NCBI GenBank assembly: GCA_950097015.1
Contig: CATNEN010000011.1
Coordinates: forward strand, 4,402,001-4,466,000
Source: Macrostomum hystrix
Lineage: Eukaryota > Animalia > Platyhelminthes
Direction of reading: 5' to 3'
Length of the DNA stretch: 64,000 nucleotides
Shown: positions 32,843 to 45,556 of the stretch, piece after piece
How the letters are laid out: every line of letters begins with the position of its first letter
How positions within the stretch are numbered: the first letter of the stretch is position 1
Made by a program: the position numbers and the translations under genes
Notes under the pieces: model-generated
Seen by the model: only the letters and a program-made list of their open reading frames with translations
Told to the model about the DNA's origin: nothing
Databases searched by the model: none

Positions 32843-35800
32843 ATGATGATCCCCGGAATATCATGTCTGCAAGTTAACACCCAGCACTGCGTGGCAGCAT
32901 CAGTCAATCTGATGCGCACGACAGAGCGCATGATGCCGGGCCTTGTACTTGTGCAGGAGCCCTGGCTATCAAAGAACAAGCCAAGCAACATTCCTGCTGG
33001 CTATGACTGCTTCTGCATGGCAGACTCTGTCCGCCCTAGATCACTGATCTATGCCGCAAAAGCCTTAAATGCGTGGATGAGACCCGATCTCTCTAACGGG
33101 GACATCTGCGTCATCCAATCTGCACACATTGTGCCTAACAAGTTGACCCTCGTGGCATCCGCCTACCTGGCAGGCGACGCCCCCGTGGTTAGCGATACCC
33201 TCGTCGCCCTCTGTGAATTCGCCAGGGCACGAAACTTCGAGCTGCTCCTCGCGGGAGATGTAAACTCGCATCACACCCACTGGGGTAGCTCAAAAATCAA
33301 TGACCGCGGCGAAGAGCTCCTGGCCTTCGTCAGCGGCACGCCTCTAAACTTCTGCAATGTGGGCAACACGCCCACTTTCGACAATGGGCGGTGGGCTGAG
33401 GTGCTTGACGTCACCCTGGCCTCACCCGGCATCCTCCCAAGGGTGCTGGGGTGGGAGGTGTGGGAGACCGAAAGCTCGCTCTCGGACCACCGTTTCATCC
33501 GTTTCAACATCGGCACCCCCGATAAGAAGCAAAAGCCTATTTGGAGGCGTAATGTCAGAAATACCGACTGGCCCGCGTTCAGCCAAAAGCTGCATGAGGG
33601 CCTTCGGGATTCTGACCCCTCCATGGCCATGGAAACCACGCAGGACCTGGATGGAGTGGCTGCCCTGCTGGGCGGCGCCATCACAGAGGCCTACGAAATG
33701 GCTTGCCCGCTCAAAGCCTACAAAGGCAAAAAATCGGCCCCCTGGTGGAACCCCGAGCTCGGAGTCCTAAGACGCCGAGCTAAGGCTCTCCAGAGGAAGC
33801 TGAAAACCTCGCACGACCCTGATGACAAAGAGGCCTATACTCGCGCCATCCATGAGTTTAAGGGCCGGGTCAGAAGGGCAAAAGCGGACAAGTGGCGACA
33901 ATACTGCGAAGGGCTTGAGGGCTCGCGGCCCACGGCCCGCGTGGTAAAGGCGCTCACCAACGACCGCTTCTCCAAGCTCTCATCGATTAAAAAGCCGGAC
34001 GGCTCGATCACTGAGCGCCCGGAGGAAACGCTCGAGCTTATGCTAGGGCATTTCTTCCCGAGTGTACCGGCGCACTTCGGCCCAGACGACCACTCGCGTG
34101 GAGGTCAGGGCCTGGCTCAGTCACTCGTTACGAATGACCGCATCGTTCGCGCGGCTAAGTCATTCAATCCTTTTAAAGCACCTGGGCCAGATGGTATATA
34201 TCCGGCCTTTCTGCATGAAGCGGTTAAAAATGGCCGCTTCCTCCATCTCCTCTGCAGACTTCTACGGGCCTGCATCGTGCTGGGCTACGTACCAGCGCGG
34301 TGGCATGAAGCCCGGGTCGTCTTCATCCCGAAGCCCGCCAAAGGCGACTATCGCTCGGTCAAGTCTTATCGCCCGATAAGCTTGACTTCCACCTGCCTCA
34401 AGCTCATGGAAAGACTGGTGCTCTGGCGCCTTCTTACTGTAGAGCTAGGGCGGGCCCCGCTCTCACCAAACCAGCACGCCTTTCGGGCGGGCCGGTCCAC
34501 GGAGAGCGCCCTCCACTGCATTGTGGAGACTCTCGAGAAGGCAGTGCTGGGCAGCGGTTTTGCCCTGGCTGTTTTCCTTGATATTGAGGGGGCCTTCGAT
34601 AACGTTATTTTCGAAGCCTTTGAGAAGGCCCTGGTTTCCAGGGCCACTCACCCCCACCTCGTCCGTTGGGTCATGTACATGATCCGGAATCGCCACGTGG
34701 TGGCCCACCTCGAAGGCAGGGTGCTCTCGGCACCTGTCCTAAAAGGAGGGCCCCAAGGTGGCGTCCTCACCCCACTGCTGTGGAATCTCGTCATGGATGA
34801 GCTGCTAAAAAGCACTCGGCCTGACCCAGTCCTGAAGGTGGGATATGCCGACGATGTGACCGCCATCTGCGCGGGCCCCTCGGCGGAAACCACCAGGGAC
34901 CTCATTCAGGGCTTTATCAACAGGGCGGTGCGCTGGGCGGACCAATGCGGGCTCCGACTCTCTGAGTCCAAGACCGTTGCGGTTATGTTTACCAGCAGGC
35001 TGCGCTGGACCATTGAGCCTCTGACTCTCTATGGCAAGAATATTGCCATGAAAAAGCAGGTCCGGTGCCTTGGTATCCTGCTAGACCATAGGCTTAACTG
35101 GACCCCGCACATTACCACAAAGGCCAAGAGGGCCCTGGCCATTCTGGCGCAAGTCAGGCGAGCCGTGGGCACCACTTGGGGGCTAACCCCCAAAAACCTT
35201 TGGTGGATTTACACGGCGATCATTAGACCGTCAGTCGCTTACGCTGGCCTCATCTGGGCCAGTGCCATGAGCATCCAGAAAAACCTGGAGGCGCTTTATA
35301 GGGTGCAGGGCAGAGCCTGTCGCATGACGCTGGGCGCCCCACCCTCCACTCCCTTTGAAGGCATGAACGCTTTCCTCAACGCTACACCCATTGACATTTT
35401 TGTTAAGGGGGAAGCGGCAAAGTCCACCCGTCGTCTCCTTGATGCGGGTGTATCCTTCCAGAATTCGCGAGCCTTCTCGAAGCGCTCCCTTCTGCCCCAC
35501 TCTGACCTCTGCCTGAAAACTCTGGGCGAGTGCGGAGGGCTCACCATCCTTTCGGACGGGGCCCCGGCCACTTTACTCCGGAGCCACAGGTACAAAGTCA
35601 GCATCTTCCCTCGTAATGAGGTAAAGGACTGCTGGGATGACCCCGCAGTCCACTGTTACACTGACGGCTCCCTGATGAACGGTAAATCGGGATTCGGGGT
35701 GTGCGTCGCCTCGGGTGGCGAGGTCCTCTGGACCCACTCCCAACACTGTGGCAAGAGCTCAAGCGTTTTCCAAAACGAAATGCTCGCCATCAGCTTCTGT

Positions 35801-36547
35801 GCGGCTGAGCTGCGCCAGAGGCAGCTGGCTGGTCGGAGGATCTTTTTTCACTCCGACAGTCAAGCAGCCCTCAAGGCCCTCAGTCGCTGCACCTCTCGCT
35901 CCAGAACCACCTTGGACTGCAACAACCAGTTAAACGGTTTGGCGCAGTCTAACAAGGTGGAGCTGATGTGGATCCCTGGGCACGCCGGGCTCACAGGGAA
36001 TGAGATGGCGGACGAGCTTGCAAAGGCTGGAGCAGCCAGCTCCCTGATGGGCCCGGGCCCGGAATCCCCGATCCCCGCCTCCGTTGTCAACTCCAGCATC
36101 AACCACTGGATGGAGACCCAGCACCGGAGGAGGTGGTCCAGCACCCTGAACTGTCGCCAGTCCAGGGCTGCGGTGCCAACCCCCTCTAGTAACCTGCGTA
36201 AGGCCTTACTCAGGCTAAACCGCAGAGACCTGAGAGCAGTCACCATGGCCCTTTCGGGACATGGCTGCTTCACCAGACACCGCTACCTCCAAGGCCACGT
36301 GCCTGAGGAAACGTGTCCTTTCTGCTGCTCCGGCCGTGAAAACGCCGAGCATTTCATTTGCCACTACCCGGCCTTCACCCGGGCTAGGCTAAAACACCTC
36401 GGGCCGGCACCGACTCTTGCCGAAGCCTGCTCGCCCGAGAACATCCCTCAGCTCGCCCACTTCCTCCGGGATACCGGCCGAGCTGATTTCTTCCCAGCCT
36501 ATGGCGAGGAAGATCGCGCGGCGGAACCGACCGACGGACCACCCTGA
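32843..36547 (+). CDS. ORF2: AP endonuclease, reverse transcriptase, RNase H, C-terminal zinc knuckle (1234 aa)
   Basis: APE: LVQEPW, GDVNSH, PTF, SDH. RT: [34 protein letters not shown]. RNase H: YTDGS, SDSQAAL, WIPGH. Uninterrupted. Confidence 0.97.
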   Translation: MMIPGISCLQVNTQHCVAASVNLMRTTERMMPGLVLVQEPWLSKNKPSNIPAGYDCFCMADSVRPRSLIYAAKALNAWMRPDLSNGDICVIQSAHIVPNKLTLVASAYLAGDAPVVSDTLVALCEFARARNFELLLAGDVNSHHTHWGSSKINDRGEELLAFVSGTPLNFCNVGNTPTFDNGRWAEVLDVTLASPGILPRVLGWEVWETESSLSDHRFIRFNIGTPDKKQKPIWRRNVRNTDWPAFSQKLHEGLRDSDPSMAMETTQDLDGVAALLGGAITEAYEMACPLKAYKGKKSAPWWNPELGVLRRRAKALQRKLKTSHDPDDKEAYTRAIHEFKGRVRRAKADKWRQYCEGLEGSRPTARVVKALTNDRFSKLSSIKKPDGSITERPEETLELMLGHFFPSVPAHFGPDDHSRGGQGLAQSLVTNDRIVRAAKSFNPFKAPGPDGIYPAFLHEAVKNGRFLHLLCRLLRACIVLGYVPARWHEARVVFIPKPAKGDYRSVKSYRPISLTSTCLKLMERLVLWRLLTVELGRAPLSPNQHAFRAGRSTESALHCIVETLEKAVLGSGFALAVFLDIEGAFDNVIFEAFEKALVSRATHPHLVRWVMYMIRNRHVVAHLEGRVLSAPVLKGGPQGGVLTPLLWNLVMDELLKSTRPDPVLKVGYADDVTAICAGPSAETTRDLIQGFINRAVRWADQCGLRLSESKTVAVMFTSRLRWTIEPLTLYGKNIAMKKQVRCLGILLDHRLNWTPHITTKAKRALAILAQVRRAVGTTWGLTPKNLWWIYTAIIRPSVAYAGLIWASAMSIQKNLEALYRVQGRACRMTLGAPPSTPFEGMNAFLNATPIDIFVKGEAAKSTRRLLDAGVSFQNSRAFSKRSLLPHSDLCLKTLGECGGLTILSDGAPATLLRSHRYKVSIFPRNEVKDCWDDPAVHCYTDGSLMNGKSGFGVCVASGGEVLWTHSQHCGKSSSVFQNEMLAISFCAAELRQRQLAGRRIFFHSDSQAALKALSRCTSRSRTTLDCNNQLNGLAQSNKVELMWIPGHAGLTGNEMADELAKAGAASSLMGPGPESPIPASVVNSSINHWMETQHRRRWSSTLNCRQSRAAVPTPSSNLRKALLRLNRRDLRAVTMALSGHGCFTRHRYLQGHVPEETCPFCCSGRENAEHFICHYPAFTRARLKHLGPAPTLAEACSPENIPQLAHFLRDTGRADFFPAYGEEDRAAEPTDGPP

Positions 36548-37703
36548 GCGGCACCGCCTCGCTGGAGGCCGTCTGGCTGCCAGGGGTTAGCGATATGGGC
36601 GGCAACAGCCGCCTCCTCGCTGCGTCCGTCATGGAGGCCCCCTGCCGCTAAGTCAAGTAAGTCAACACTAGGTGTTATAGCTACTAAAAAGCTGAAATTA
36701 AAAATAAGATAATTTTAAGTAGAAAATAAAGTAATGGCTAGTGATGTGTCTATTGTCTAACAGCTTTATTGCTAGTAAACTAGCTACTGCTACTAGCTAG
36801 CTACCCTGGTATAGCAAAGTAGATAGATAGCCCCACTAAAAAAGCTTGGTCGGATTCCGATCGGAAATGCAGCTCGGAAACCGAGTGGAAATTTGTCCCG
36901 GGAAATCCATTCGGATTCTGATCGGATTTGACGATCGGACTCATCCAGAGCTTTTCGTTTCACTTTCCGAGCTGATATAAATGACGAAGCACAAAGCGAG
37001 TACAAACATGCATGTGCTACAATGTAGCCGAAGATCAGTGTACACGCAGTCACGCATGTACATTTAGACAGCCCGATCCCGTCTGAAAATTCAATGACAC
37101 AAAGACCGGGTGTGCATCATTTTACATCAAATACAAAATTGCTCAATGGCAGCAGATGGAAAGGAATAATAAGTGTTTATTTAGTGTTTACAAAATAGAA
37201 CATTGCAGCAACGCGTGGTGGGCCACCAAAGCAGTCACTAATAGGGTGCAGGTTGGAGACAGTTCGACAAGTATTTTATAGTTGTTAGGTCAATTTGATT
37301 AGGCCTAGTGTAGTGCGGCTGGAAATGTTCTGTTAAAATTGCACTAAATATTTAATTGTTGCTATATAGTAACTATAGCAATTGCAAATAGCATTATTAT
37401 GTTATTAATTTCTACTTTTTTGACCCTTGAAAATAAAGCAAATATTAATTATAAATTATTTTAATCGTTGTCTAATTAAAATATAATCGCACCAGTTTGA
37501 AAAGCGCGCTGCAATCGAGTGAACAATTGTAAGGCGCTGCGCTGCGAGTGAACTGAAGACGTTAAATTGCTGTAGTGAAACTGTTCAAATTCGCGGCCTT
37601 CAAACCCAGTTGTACTACACTAGCATTTCGGTCTCGGAGCAGTTAAAATTTAAGTTAGCGCGAAGTTTCGACGAAAGGGACAATTTTTTACTATGCCACC
37701 AAG

Positions 37704-40214
37704 TTACATATTTTCCTCGTCAGTGCTGTCGGATATGCGTTGCACTCGCATCGTCGAGCGACGCCTGCTTGGAGTGGGGGCGCCATGCCCGCCGGCCACG
37801 TCCGATTCAGCTGATCCCTCGTGGCTTCGACGCTTCCGGACGCCATCGAAGAACCGTTCGATTGCCTTATTGATGTCGTGCAGCGTAAATGAAGAGCCCA
37901 ACGCGTCTGAAATTTGACAATCACAACATAAGCAGGTTGTCAAGTCCACAACTGTTGACCTGAGAGAAATACATGTATGAATTACGGCATGAATACGTAT
38001 GGTTATGGCAGTACCCACCCCGTACATTTATCAGTACGTTGTATCAGACAGTATATCACTATTGATATCACTATTAAGAATCAACTCTGGTAATTGGTAC
38101 ATATGCGACAGTAAAGCATAACCTACCCTTCACAATCCCTCCAAAGCACTTGTCGAAAGACATCTTGGAGTTCTCTTGTTGGCCACGGCCTCGGGCATCC
38201 TTGCCACCAGTGCGATTGAAGCGCTGCTGGAAGTCTCGCGCCAGAAGCTCGTTCATCGCATAGCGAACAGACTGAGTCACAGAAGGGCCCAGGCACTTTT
38301 TCTGAATGAACGAAGTCTAAAATTCACACATGAAAGCGTCTGGACCATTTCCCCGAGTCTACAGTACCGAAGTTCCGAACGCATGGTGGAAGTTTAATAG
38401 TAAGAGAAATGCTCATAAGATATTAACTAACCAGCGCAGTCTTGGCCTCCGCACTGGCAGAAATCTTCTCGACTGCACTGTTGAGGTCGGCCTCGTTTGC
38501 GACAGGAAGCCCGAATGGAATTTCGAGCGTGGGTGCCGCAGCAGCTCCCCGGAGACTGGACGACTCAATCGTGGCCTTTAGCTTCATGAGTTCGCGAATG
38601 CTCAAGAGCTGCAGACAGTAGAGCCCTGAATAATGAGTTGAAAGTTGCATAGTAAATTAACTTCAATTTACGTGCCAGTTCCAAGCTAGACGCTGTCGAT
38701 TTCATCCACCTAGCTGTTCAAGCAACGAGTGTGCGCTGGTCACCAGTTACATTTTGCGGCTGTTGTCAACTACTGCTATCTCAGCGTCAATAACAATAAC
38801 TCCATTACCTTCAACAGATCCCCACGTGTACCCACAAGCCTCAACCTGGCTTCTGGCTTGCGTTTCCAGCTGAGGCAGAGCTGAAAACTGTGGATTAAAT
38901 TTTCGTTAGAAACCGTGGCAAGTTCTGAAAAAAACTGTTGCAAGACTTCATGAAACGAGTTTTACAAATTACCTGCGCAGGCTGTCGCAGCTGTTCGCGC
39001 GAGAAGCTGGCTCTTGGGGCTGAAGTTGGAGTGCACGAAAACTGCCTAGACGGGTGTCGAGTAGGCGTCGAGCTTCCAGACGAATTGAGAGCTGCTTGAG
39101 GGTGCAGTCGCTCAAAGGCTGGGCTGTCGATCGACTGCGGTTCTGGTGGAGGTGCCATGGAGGTGCGGTTCTGAAGTTTCCTGACAGTGCTCTGCGCCAT
39201 TGTGCCGTCGTAGGCCTGGGTTGGTAAAGAAATGATTAGAATAGATAATTTTTTTCTCAGCACGTTAATCTGTAACATAGTAGGAGAAATGATATACTCA
39301 ACAGTAACCATACACGCATTGAATGAGATGATGCAGACATAACAGAGGTGTATAGATATAAACATAACAATGTGATGTGTGACAACAAGCCGTCACGCTA
39401 GCCTGGCATTGGGGTGAGGTGAAGACAGTGTTAGATTAGAGAAATTAAAGAAAAGAATAAAATCCAAACTATTAAAACTGTCTCAATCATTTTGTAATAT
39501 GTCTGGCAAACTGCCAAGTGCAATAATTTGAAATTAATAAGCATACTGTACTCCAAATGCATGAATACATAAAGACTATAAATGCTTGACATTTTTAAAT
39601 AGACACAAATGTAAGCACGTACTTCTGCAATTCCCGAAGCTTGCAGAGTTGGCAGTGGAGGGAGGCAAACAACACCAGAAGACCCAGACAATGATTCACT
39701 TCTCTGTGTGGGACCCCGGTTGGCTTGTCCATGGCTGGCTGCATCAGCAACCTACAATTATATTATTTTATATTTTATATTAACGCACGTGGCAGACCTT
39801 AGTTGTATACTAAATATTAAATTAAATATTATTTTACATTATACTTACAGCATCAATATCTGTTGCATCATTGTCTGTCTCAAGATTCTTCATAGGAGGA
39901 AATGTCTGTCTTTTGTTGGATCGAACACGATCTGGCAGAATCTTTAGTAGCTTGCTTGGACGATAGTGCTTCTCTTTGACCACAGCTCGTAGCATGGCTA
40001 CAGTGTCACTGGTGTCACAGGCATGTGGAACAACTTGCAAAACAATGAAATCTTCCAACTTGTCATTATATATTACCTGAATATGAACTTCTTCAAGTTT
40101 GTCCACTTGCCTCCATTGCTCAATAGTCCACTTAGTAAAAGAGCCAAGAAGGCAATCTTCCTCATCAGCTTCTATTACTTCATAGTCAGAGGTAAAATAC
40201 ACAATAAACTTCAT
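37704..40214 (-). CDS. Multi-exon accessory gene of element 4 with a DUF4806-like domain
   Basis: Exonic ORF pieces: MKFIVYFTSDYEV (40214), S/P-rich middle, FGLPVANEADL..KTALVS, SVRYAMNELLARDFQQRFNRTGG..KMSF, DINKAIERFFDGVRKR. Colinear with 17297-19269. Exact exon boundaries not all resolved. Confidence 0.75.
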
Positions 40215-40917
40215 TGAGTCACTGCAACAAGATTACTGAACTAAAGTTTTATTATTTAATGATTTAGCAACTGCACAAGACACTGCATGTACTAAGAAGG
40301 ACTATTTACTCATTGTGGTGTAATGTTGGCCAAGCAGTAACTAAAGTTTTTACAGCATAATATGGCACATAACATGTAATTATTCCATTGGAACAAGTGA
40401 GTTACAAATTTAGAGGATACACAAAAAATGTTTATTGAATTGTTCATAGGGGCCTATTGCTACTTGCTAACTTACTAGTAGACAACTTGTCAAAATACAT
40501 TTACACTAGAATTCTGCCACAAAAATCATAAATAGTCTGACTAGGACATTCACATTGAAGGACACATTACTTAAATAATACGTACTCATATTTGCAAGCA
40601 CTTAGGAAGGTTATAATAAAGCATAGAAATTATACAAAACAATAATAATTGTTTTTTGTAATAAAATTAATTAATAATAATAATAAAAATAATAATGATC
40701 ATCTTATTTCATACCATGATCCGAACAAATGCTTTAGTTTGTTAATGGCTATAATGGCTATACTACTTCAATATTATATAATATATATATGGAATTATAT
40801 ATTTTTTTATTCTAGACCTAATTAAATTATATTTGCTGACTGTATACACAATTACATTTGTAAACAACTTAGGCAAGACACAATTATGGACGATGGACTT
40901 CAGGCAAATAACTTGAT

Positions 40918-42828
40918 TTACTTGATGCAAGGAATGACCAGATAGTCTCCGCCAAAGGGAATTAGAATGGCCTTCTTAGAAGGTTGCAAGTTGGATACAA
41001 ATGTCTTTGAATGCTTATAGTAGCCTATGCCAATTGATTTTGATGGATATGGATAGGAATAAAGGCTTCTATCAAATGTGAGAACCTGGCCTGAAATAAG
41101 ACCATCATTTAAATTGGTGACAATGACAACCTTTCCATCAACAATAGCACAGTTATTAGGACTCTTATTAGTAAAACCAATGTCACCCAACTTGTCATTA
41201 GAATATAAAAATCTCACATTCAACAACTGGTTGACAGATTGGGCAAAAACATGATTGGTACAACGAATTCTCTTCTTGATCAATTGCAAGTAGTTTTCAA
41301 AAGGGAAAGCTGAAAACGTGTCAAGTGGGCCATACATTTGCACAAACTCAGGAAGGTGCAACAGAGCATGCCAATTATAAGAAACTACACTGTTGTAATA
41401 TAGGCTTGGTGCCTCAGCAACAAACTTTTTCAAACAAGCCTCAGCAGCATCAAAATAAATTTCACAGTACTCAGGTGAATTAAGGACTGAAATTGACCAA
41501 TGCAATAATAGATAATGATTAAAGTAGACCTTTGGCAAGGTATTCTTAAAAAGGAACGGACCAAAGTACAAAAGACATTGGCGGAATTCCGTTGCTTTAA
41601 AGTATTCAATGTCAGCAAAAGTGCGAAGCCGTCTTTGAAAATCTGAAGGAACAAATTCCTTAATATACATTATTTTTCTATTTATTTCCTCTTTTAATTG
41701 GGATGACAACTTGCAAGCAAGTCGAATGTGCTTTGCTCCAAGGAAGTAAAATTTGAGCAACTTCTTTACAACCCCTAAGTAGACAATATGCATTGGGTCG
41801 GGTACAAAATTGGAATACATTGGAACAATCCTGGCTAGTGGAGAAATACCAAGTTGGTTATTTTCACGCCCTTGTTCATAATCTTGATTTGTTCGAGCCT
41901 CTGCAATGGTATTAGAAAAACAAATTCTGTCACCTGTGTAATTTCCTACTTGACGACACCAACTACAGCCAAGATAACTGGAATGACCTTTCAAACATTG
42001 AATAAAGTTTCTAGCAGGTGTGTCACAGATAAAGACAATTGACTTAATAAAAATTCTTTTCATATTATAGTCAAAACCATTCTGTAGACCTGCAATTTCA
42101 GAACAAAACCTTTCTAAGAAGACATGTAGGTCAGGCTTTCCAATGCCACAAAAAAGGCCAAATGGCACAGGTCTAAAACAATTATTTACTAGCATCAATA
42201 TAGGCCAAAGATTGATTCTAGATGACTTGAATAAAGGAAGACCATCAACATTTACCCTTAAGGAAACAAAGAAGTTTGTAATTCCAGATGGAATTGTAAG
42301 GATTTTGGAATCAAGTAAAAATTTCAAATTGTCCACAATGGAGAGAAAGGCAACATGACCATTATTGACATTGAACCTCGTGATCTCTGTGCTTGGACAC
42401 TGCCTCTTAAGCATGTAGACAGAAGTGGGTATGTCAGTGAAGAAACGAGCCAAAAGCCGAAGTAGGTAATTCATGGCAGCACTAGTAATATTGAATGTTA
42501 TGTAAAACAATAGTAACTCTTGCACCAAAGTAAGTGGCGGAGGTCTATTATAGCCAAGAGAGTCATCTTGTTCTTCAACTTCTTCATCCATTTCTTCCTC
42601 AAAAAGAGCATGCATTTGGCTATCAAAGTCCATTGGCATTGGACCCACTGCATCAAAGAATGTCTCTTCAGGCTCAGCATTGCTCTTTGTATCTTCATTT
42701 TGTCCCATCACATTTTCTAGATCTAGCCTAGCCTCAATATTTGTAGCCCCAATCGTCGGAAGCTCTTGTAGTATTTCTTGCATTTCCCTGGCTACCTGTC
42801 TATTTGATGCACGACTTGGCAAAGCCAT
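40918..42828 (-). CDS. EnSpm/CMC-like DDE transposase, intact (636 aa; element 4)
   Basis: VNVDGLPLFKSS, ICDTPAR, CSWC, PDPMH, FKATE, AFPFEN motifs; colinear with 20011-21990. Confidence 0.93.
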   Translation of the reverse strand: MALPSRASNRQVAREMQEILQELPTIGATNIEARLDLENVMGQNEDTKSNAEPEETFFDAVGPMPMDFDSQMHALFEEEMDEEVEEQDDSLGYNRPPPLTLVQELLLFYITFNITSAAMNYLLRLLARFFTDIPTSVYMLKRQCPSTEITRFNVNNGHVAFLSIVDNLKFLLDSKILTIPSGITNFFVSLRVNVDGLPLFKSSRINLWPILMLVNNCFRPVPFGLFCGIGKPDLHVFLERFCSEIAGLQNGFDYNMKRIFIKSIVFICDTPARNFIQCLKGHSSYLGCSWCRQVGNYTGDRICFSNTIAEARTNQDYEQGRENNQLGISPLARIVPMYSNFVPDPMHIVYLGVVKKLLKFYFLGAKHIRLACKLSSQLKEEINRKIMYIKEFVPSDFQRRLRTFADIEYFKATEFRQCLLYFGPFLFKNTLPKVYFNHYLLLHWSISVLNSPEYCEIYFDAAEACLKKFVAEAPSLYYNSVVSYNWHALLHLPEFVQMYGPLDTFSAFPFENYLQLIKKRIRCTNHVFAQSVNQLLNVRFLYSNDKLGDIGFTNKSPNNCAIVDGKVVIVTNLNDGLISGQVLTFDRSLYSYPYPSKSIGIGYYKHSKTFVSNLQPSKKAILIPFGGDYLVIPCIK

Positions 42829-45556
42829 TAAATCAAATTAATCAATAAATGACAATACTTATTTATTATTAGAACTAGCTTTTGCCTTATATGTTTTTAG
42901 TACACAATGTAGTCAATTATTTTAATTTGCAGTCTCTTTCAATATGAGAAATCTAGGACTAGCACTAGATAGAATTTATAGAATTGGCCCTTGTTTACTA
43001 CTTTGCGATGGTCTGAATTGAAACTGGCTATGAGTATAGTACAATGTCAGTATATATTATGTATAGCTGGACAATTGGTGCCTATCATATACTGTACTCA
43101 AATATTAATAAGCTTCTGCAAGTGCCACTATGGTCAAAACTCACTATGCAGTATTGCAGTATACCAAATTGTTCTTTTTAGGTATAGTATAATAGTTTTG
43201 GCTAGCTGTTATCACAAATAAACAATAATAATATATTTTATTACTGAAATTAGCGATTATATAGTCCGCCAGTAAAAAATTCAAGCATACAAGATAATAG
43301 GAGACTAAAGAAATGCACTAAATGAACGAAAGGAGTAGCATACTAGTATAGTATTTGCGTGTAACCACAGATGAAGTTGCAGAGAGTTCAAAGTTGTGGT
43401 CTCACTGTCCTGTGTTGGCTAAAGGAGCTGTGTTCAAAAGAGCTGATGTTCCAAGCGAGCGCAAATTAGTGAAAATGGAAGTGTGCAAATTAAACTGGTC
43501 AATAGCTTCAACACTTGATCGCGTAAAACAAAGCTTGCTAGCTGTTCTTCTTGCAAATTGCGAGGGCGCAGAATTCCCGTCTAAAAGAGTTTTTTCTTCA
43601 AAGTGGACAGTCATCATACTAGTTGATAAGTATGCTGATATTTTTGCGAAGCTTGCGTTCAAAATTATTGTCGGAAAGTGACGGCTCGGGTGCAGTGTAA
43701 ATTCCGGTCGGAATATGGAGCCTCATATTCCGGTATGTTTCCGGGGTGCTTCCGAGAAGCAAAGAAAGCCAGGAAATACTTTGTGTAGTTTTTGGATGTC
43801 ATTGGAGCACATTTTTCATCGTTTTTTTGCTTGCAAATCTAGTTCCACCAGATTCCGATTGCCCTGCTAAAATCCGGCCAGATTCCGATGTCAATCCGAT
43901 AACCCGTTTTTAGTGGGGCTATATCCTAATTACATATACTAGTAGCTAAATTGTTGCAACGATCTCTTAGGCCAATTCTTAGCTACCTAGATACCTGATT
44001 TAAATATTTTTTACAAGGGAAAAAGAATGCTTGTGGTTAATAAAATATACTGTTTCTTTTTTTTACCACAAGTATTTGATGTATTTTTTGCATCTAGAAA
44101 CAAAATAAGAACCTAGATTACTAGTACAACCAGCTAGCTAGCTAGCTTAGCAGAAATCAATAAAAGCCTTTTGTTTTGTTGATGCCATGCTGATTTGACT
44201 TTTTGCTACATATTAAATTGTCTAATATTCTAATATATTCACAGAAAAAAGTTTTTATTTACATACAGCTAGATAACAGCCCCGGGAAAAAAATTATGCG
44301 AAACTTAGTAAGTGCTTAGTAAGCGCTAGTGTAGAACTTAGAAAGTACTTGCAAGTACTTATTAAGTACTTGCTAAGACTTGCTAAGTTTTGAAAGTTTT
44401 GGCGATAACTTTCGTTACTTTTTAAGTTTATTCTAAAGACTTAGTAAGCCAACAAAGTCTTTTTCCGATTTTAATAGGCTTAAATTTGCTTGTATTGGCA
44501 CTTTATGGATCCATTCCATGTGGCTGAAGTAGGACTGTTTACTGTAGCTTATTTTGATGCCGACAATTCCCAGGTTCAAAATGTGAAGCGATAAGGCGCA
44601 TGAACCAAACACACAAAATAGCGGCCGCCTGCAGCGCGTTTTAAAAAAATTGGAAAAATCACAAATTAATGCTCTTCAATGTTGTGTTACAATATGTGAA
44701 GTAATAAGGTAATTTCATGCTTTACTTGAAATTTATTTCCGAATAAGTGCATAAAAAATACAACAAATACTACAGTACATACAGAAATTAATTGGTCGTG
44801 AGTAAGCAGATTAGGTTCCAGAGGGGAAAAACTAATCCACGAAAAGCAGTAACGCTAATAATATGTGTTCAATAGATGTAAAAGCAAAGTAAAACCGCTA
44901 AAAAGCAAGTGAGGACTTCATTTTCTGTTTACTTGTTAGCAATTATATGCGAATTTATGACTTTGTTAATCTCTGATTAACAGTAGCTGTCCCAAGAGAG
45001 GGAGAGCACCTAGACAAGTTTATAAATTGTTCATGGACTGGGATGAACCAGGGAAAATGCCTTCTAGCGTGGGCTAAATATGAATTTCACACATTATGGA
45101 GATAAACATTATTTGAGACATTTTTACTTTACATTTATTTGGCACACTGGAGTGCTGCGGTTAAAACGTAGTTTCATAAAATTCATTGAATATATGGACG
45201 ATGTACGGTAGCTAGAAGAATATATTTTCTCCAGAATGTATGAAAGACATAATAAGCCAGTGTTTTGGCAATTAATGAACTTTTTAAAGTGGGGAAAATT
45301 ATTTCCCCATCCTTTGCAGAGCTACTGGCAGAAAATTTGCATGGGACAGTGACTAAATGCATTAATTTCTTGCAATCGAATCTTCTAATATAATTTATTC
45401 TGTAACTAAAAGCATTTTTTCTTTTTATAATGCAGGGGCTAAATAGAAATGATTTATGATTGAAACGTTTCCGAGTTAACTTGTAAGCCACGAGTGGATA
45501 AAACGAGTTAATGTTGAAAATGCATGCAAGCTGTCAATGAAACAAATGCTTTCGAT

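Larger units (their letters stand above)
30608..36664 (+). mobile_element. Full-length non-LTR retrotransposon, I group (Loa/Lian-like)
   Basis: 12-bp TSD ACACTAGGTGTT (30596-30607 and 36665-36676), two ORFs, APE-RT-RNase H-CCHC order, 3' tail TAAGTCAAGTAAGTCA. Confidence 0.95.
36830..43919 (-). mobile_element. Complete EnSpm/CMC-like transposon (element 4), 7.1 kb
   Basis: TIR GCCCCACTAAAAA at both ends flanked by TA; many TCGGA/TCCGA subterminal repeats in inverted orientation; intact transposase plus DUF4806-type gene. The exact terminal base is ambiguous. Confidence 0.88.

Noticed and set aside
30599-36632. Numerous alternative ORFs within the LINE
   Set aside because: Shadow frames expected at high GC; ORF1 and ORF2 explain the region.
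45183-45491. 102-aa ORF as a third gene of element A
   Set aside because: No counterpart in element B and no recognisable motif.
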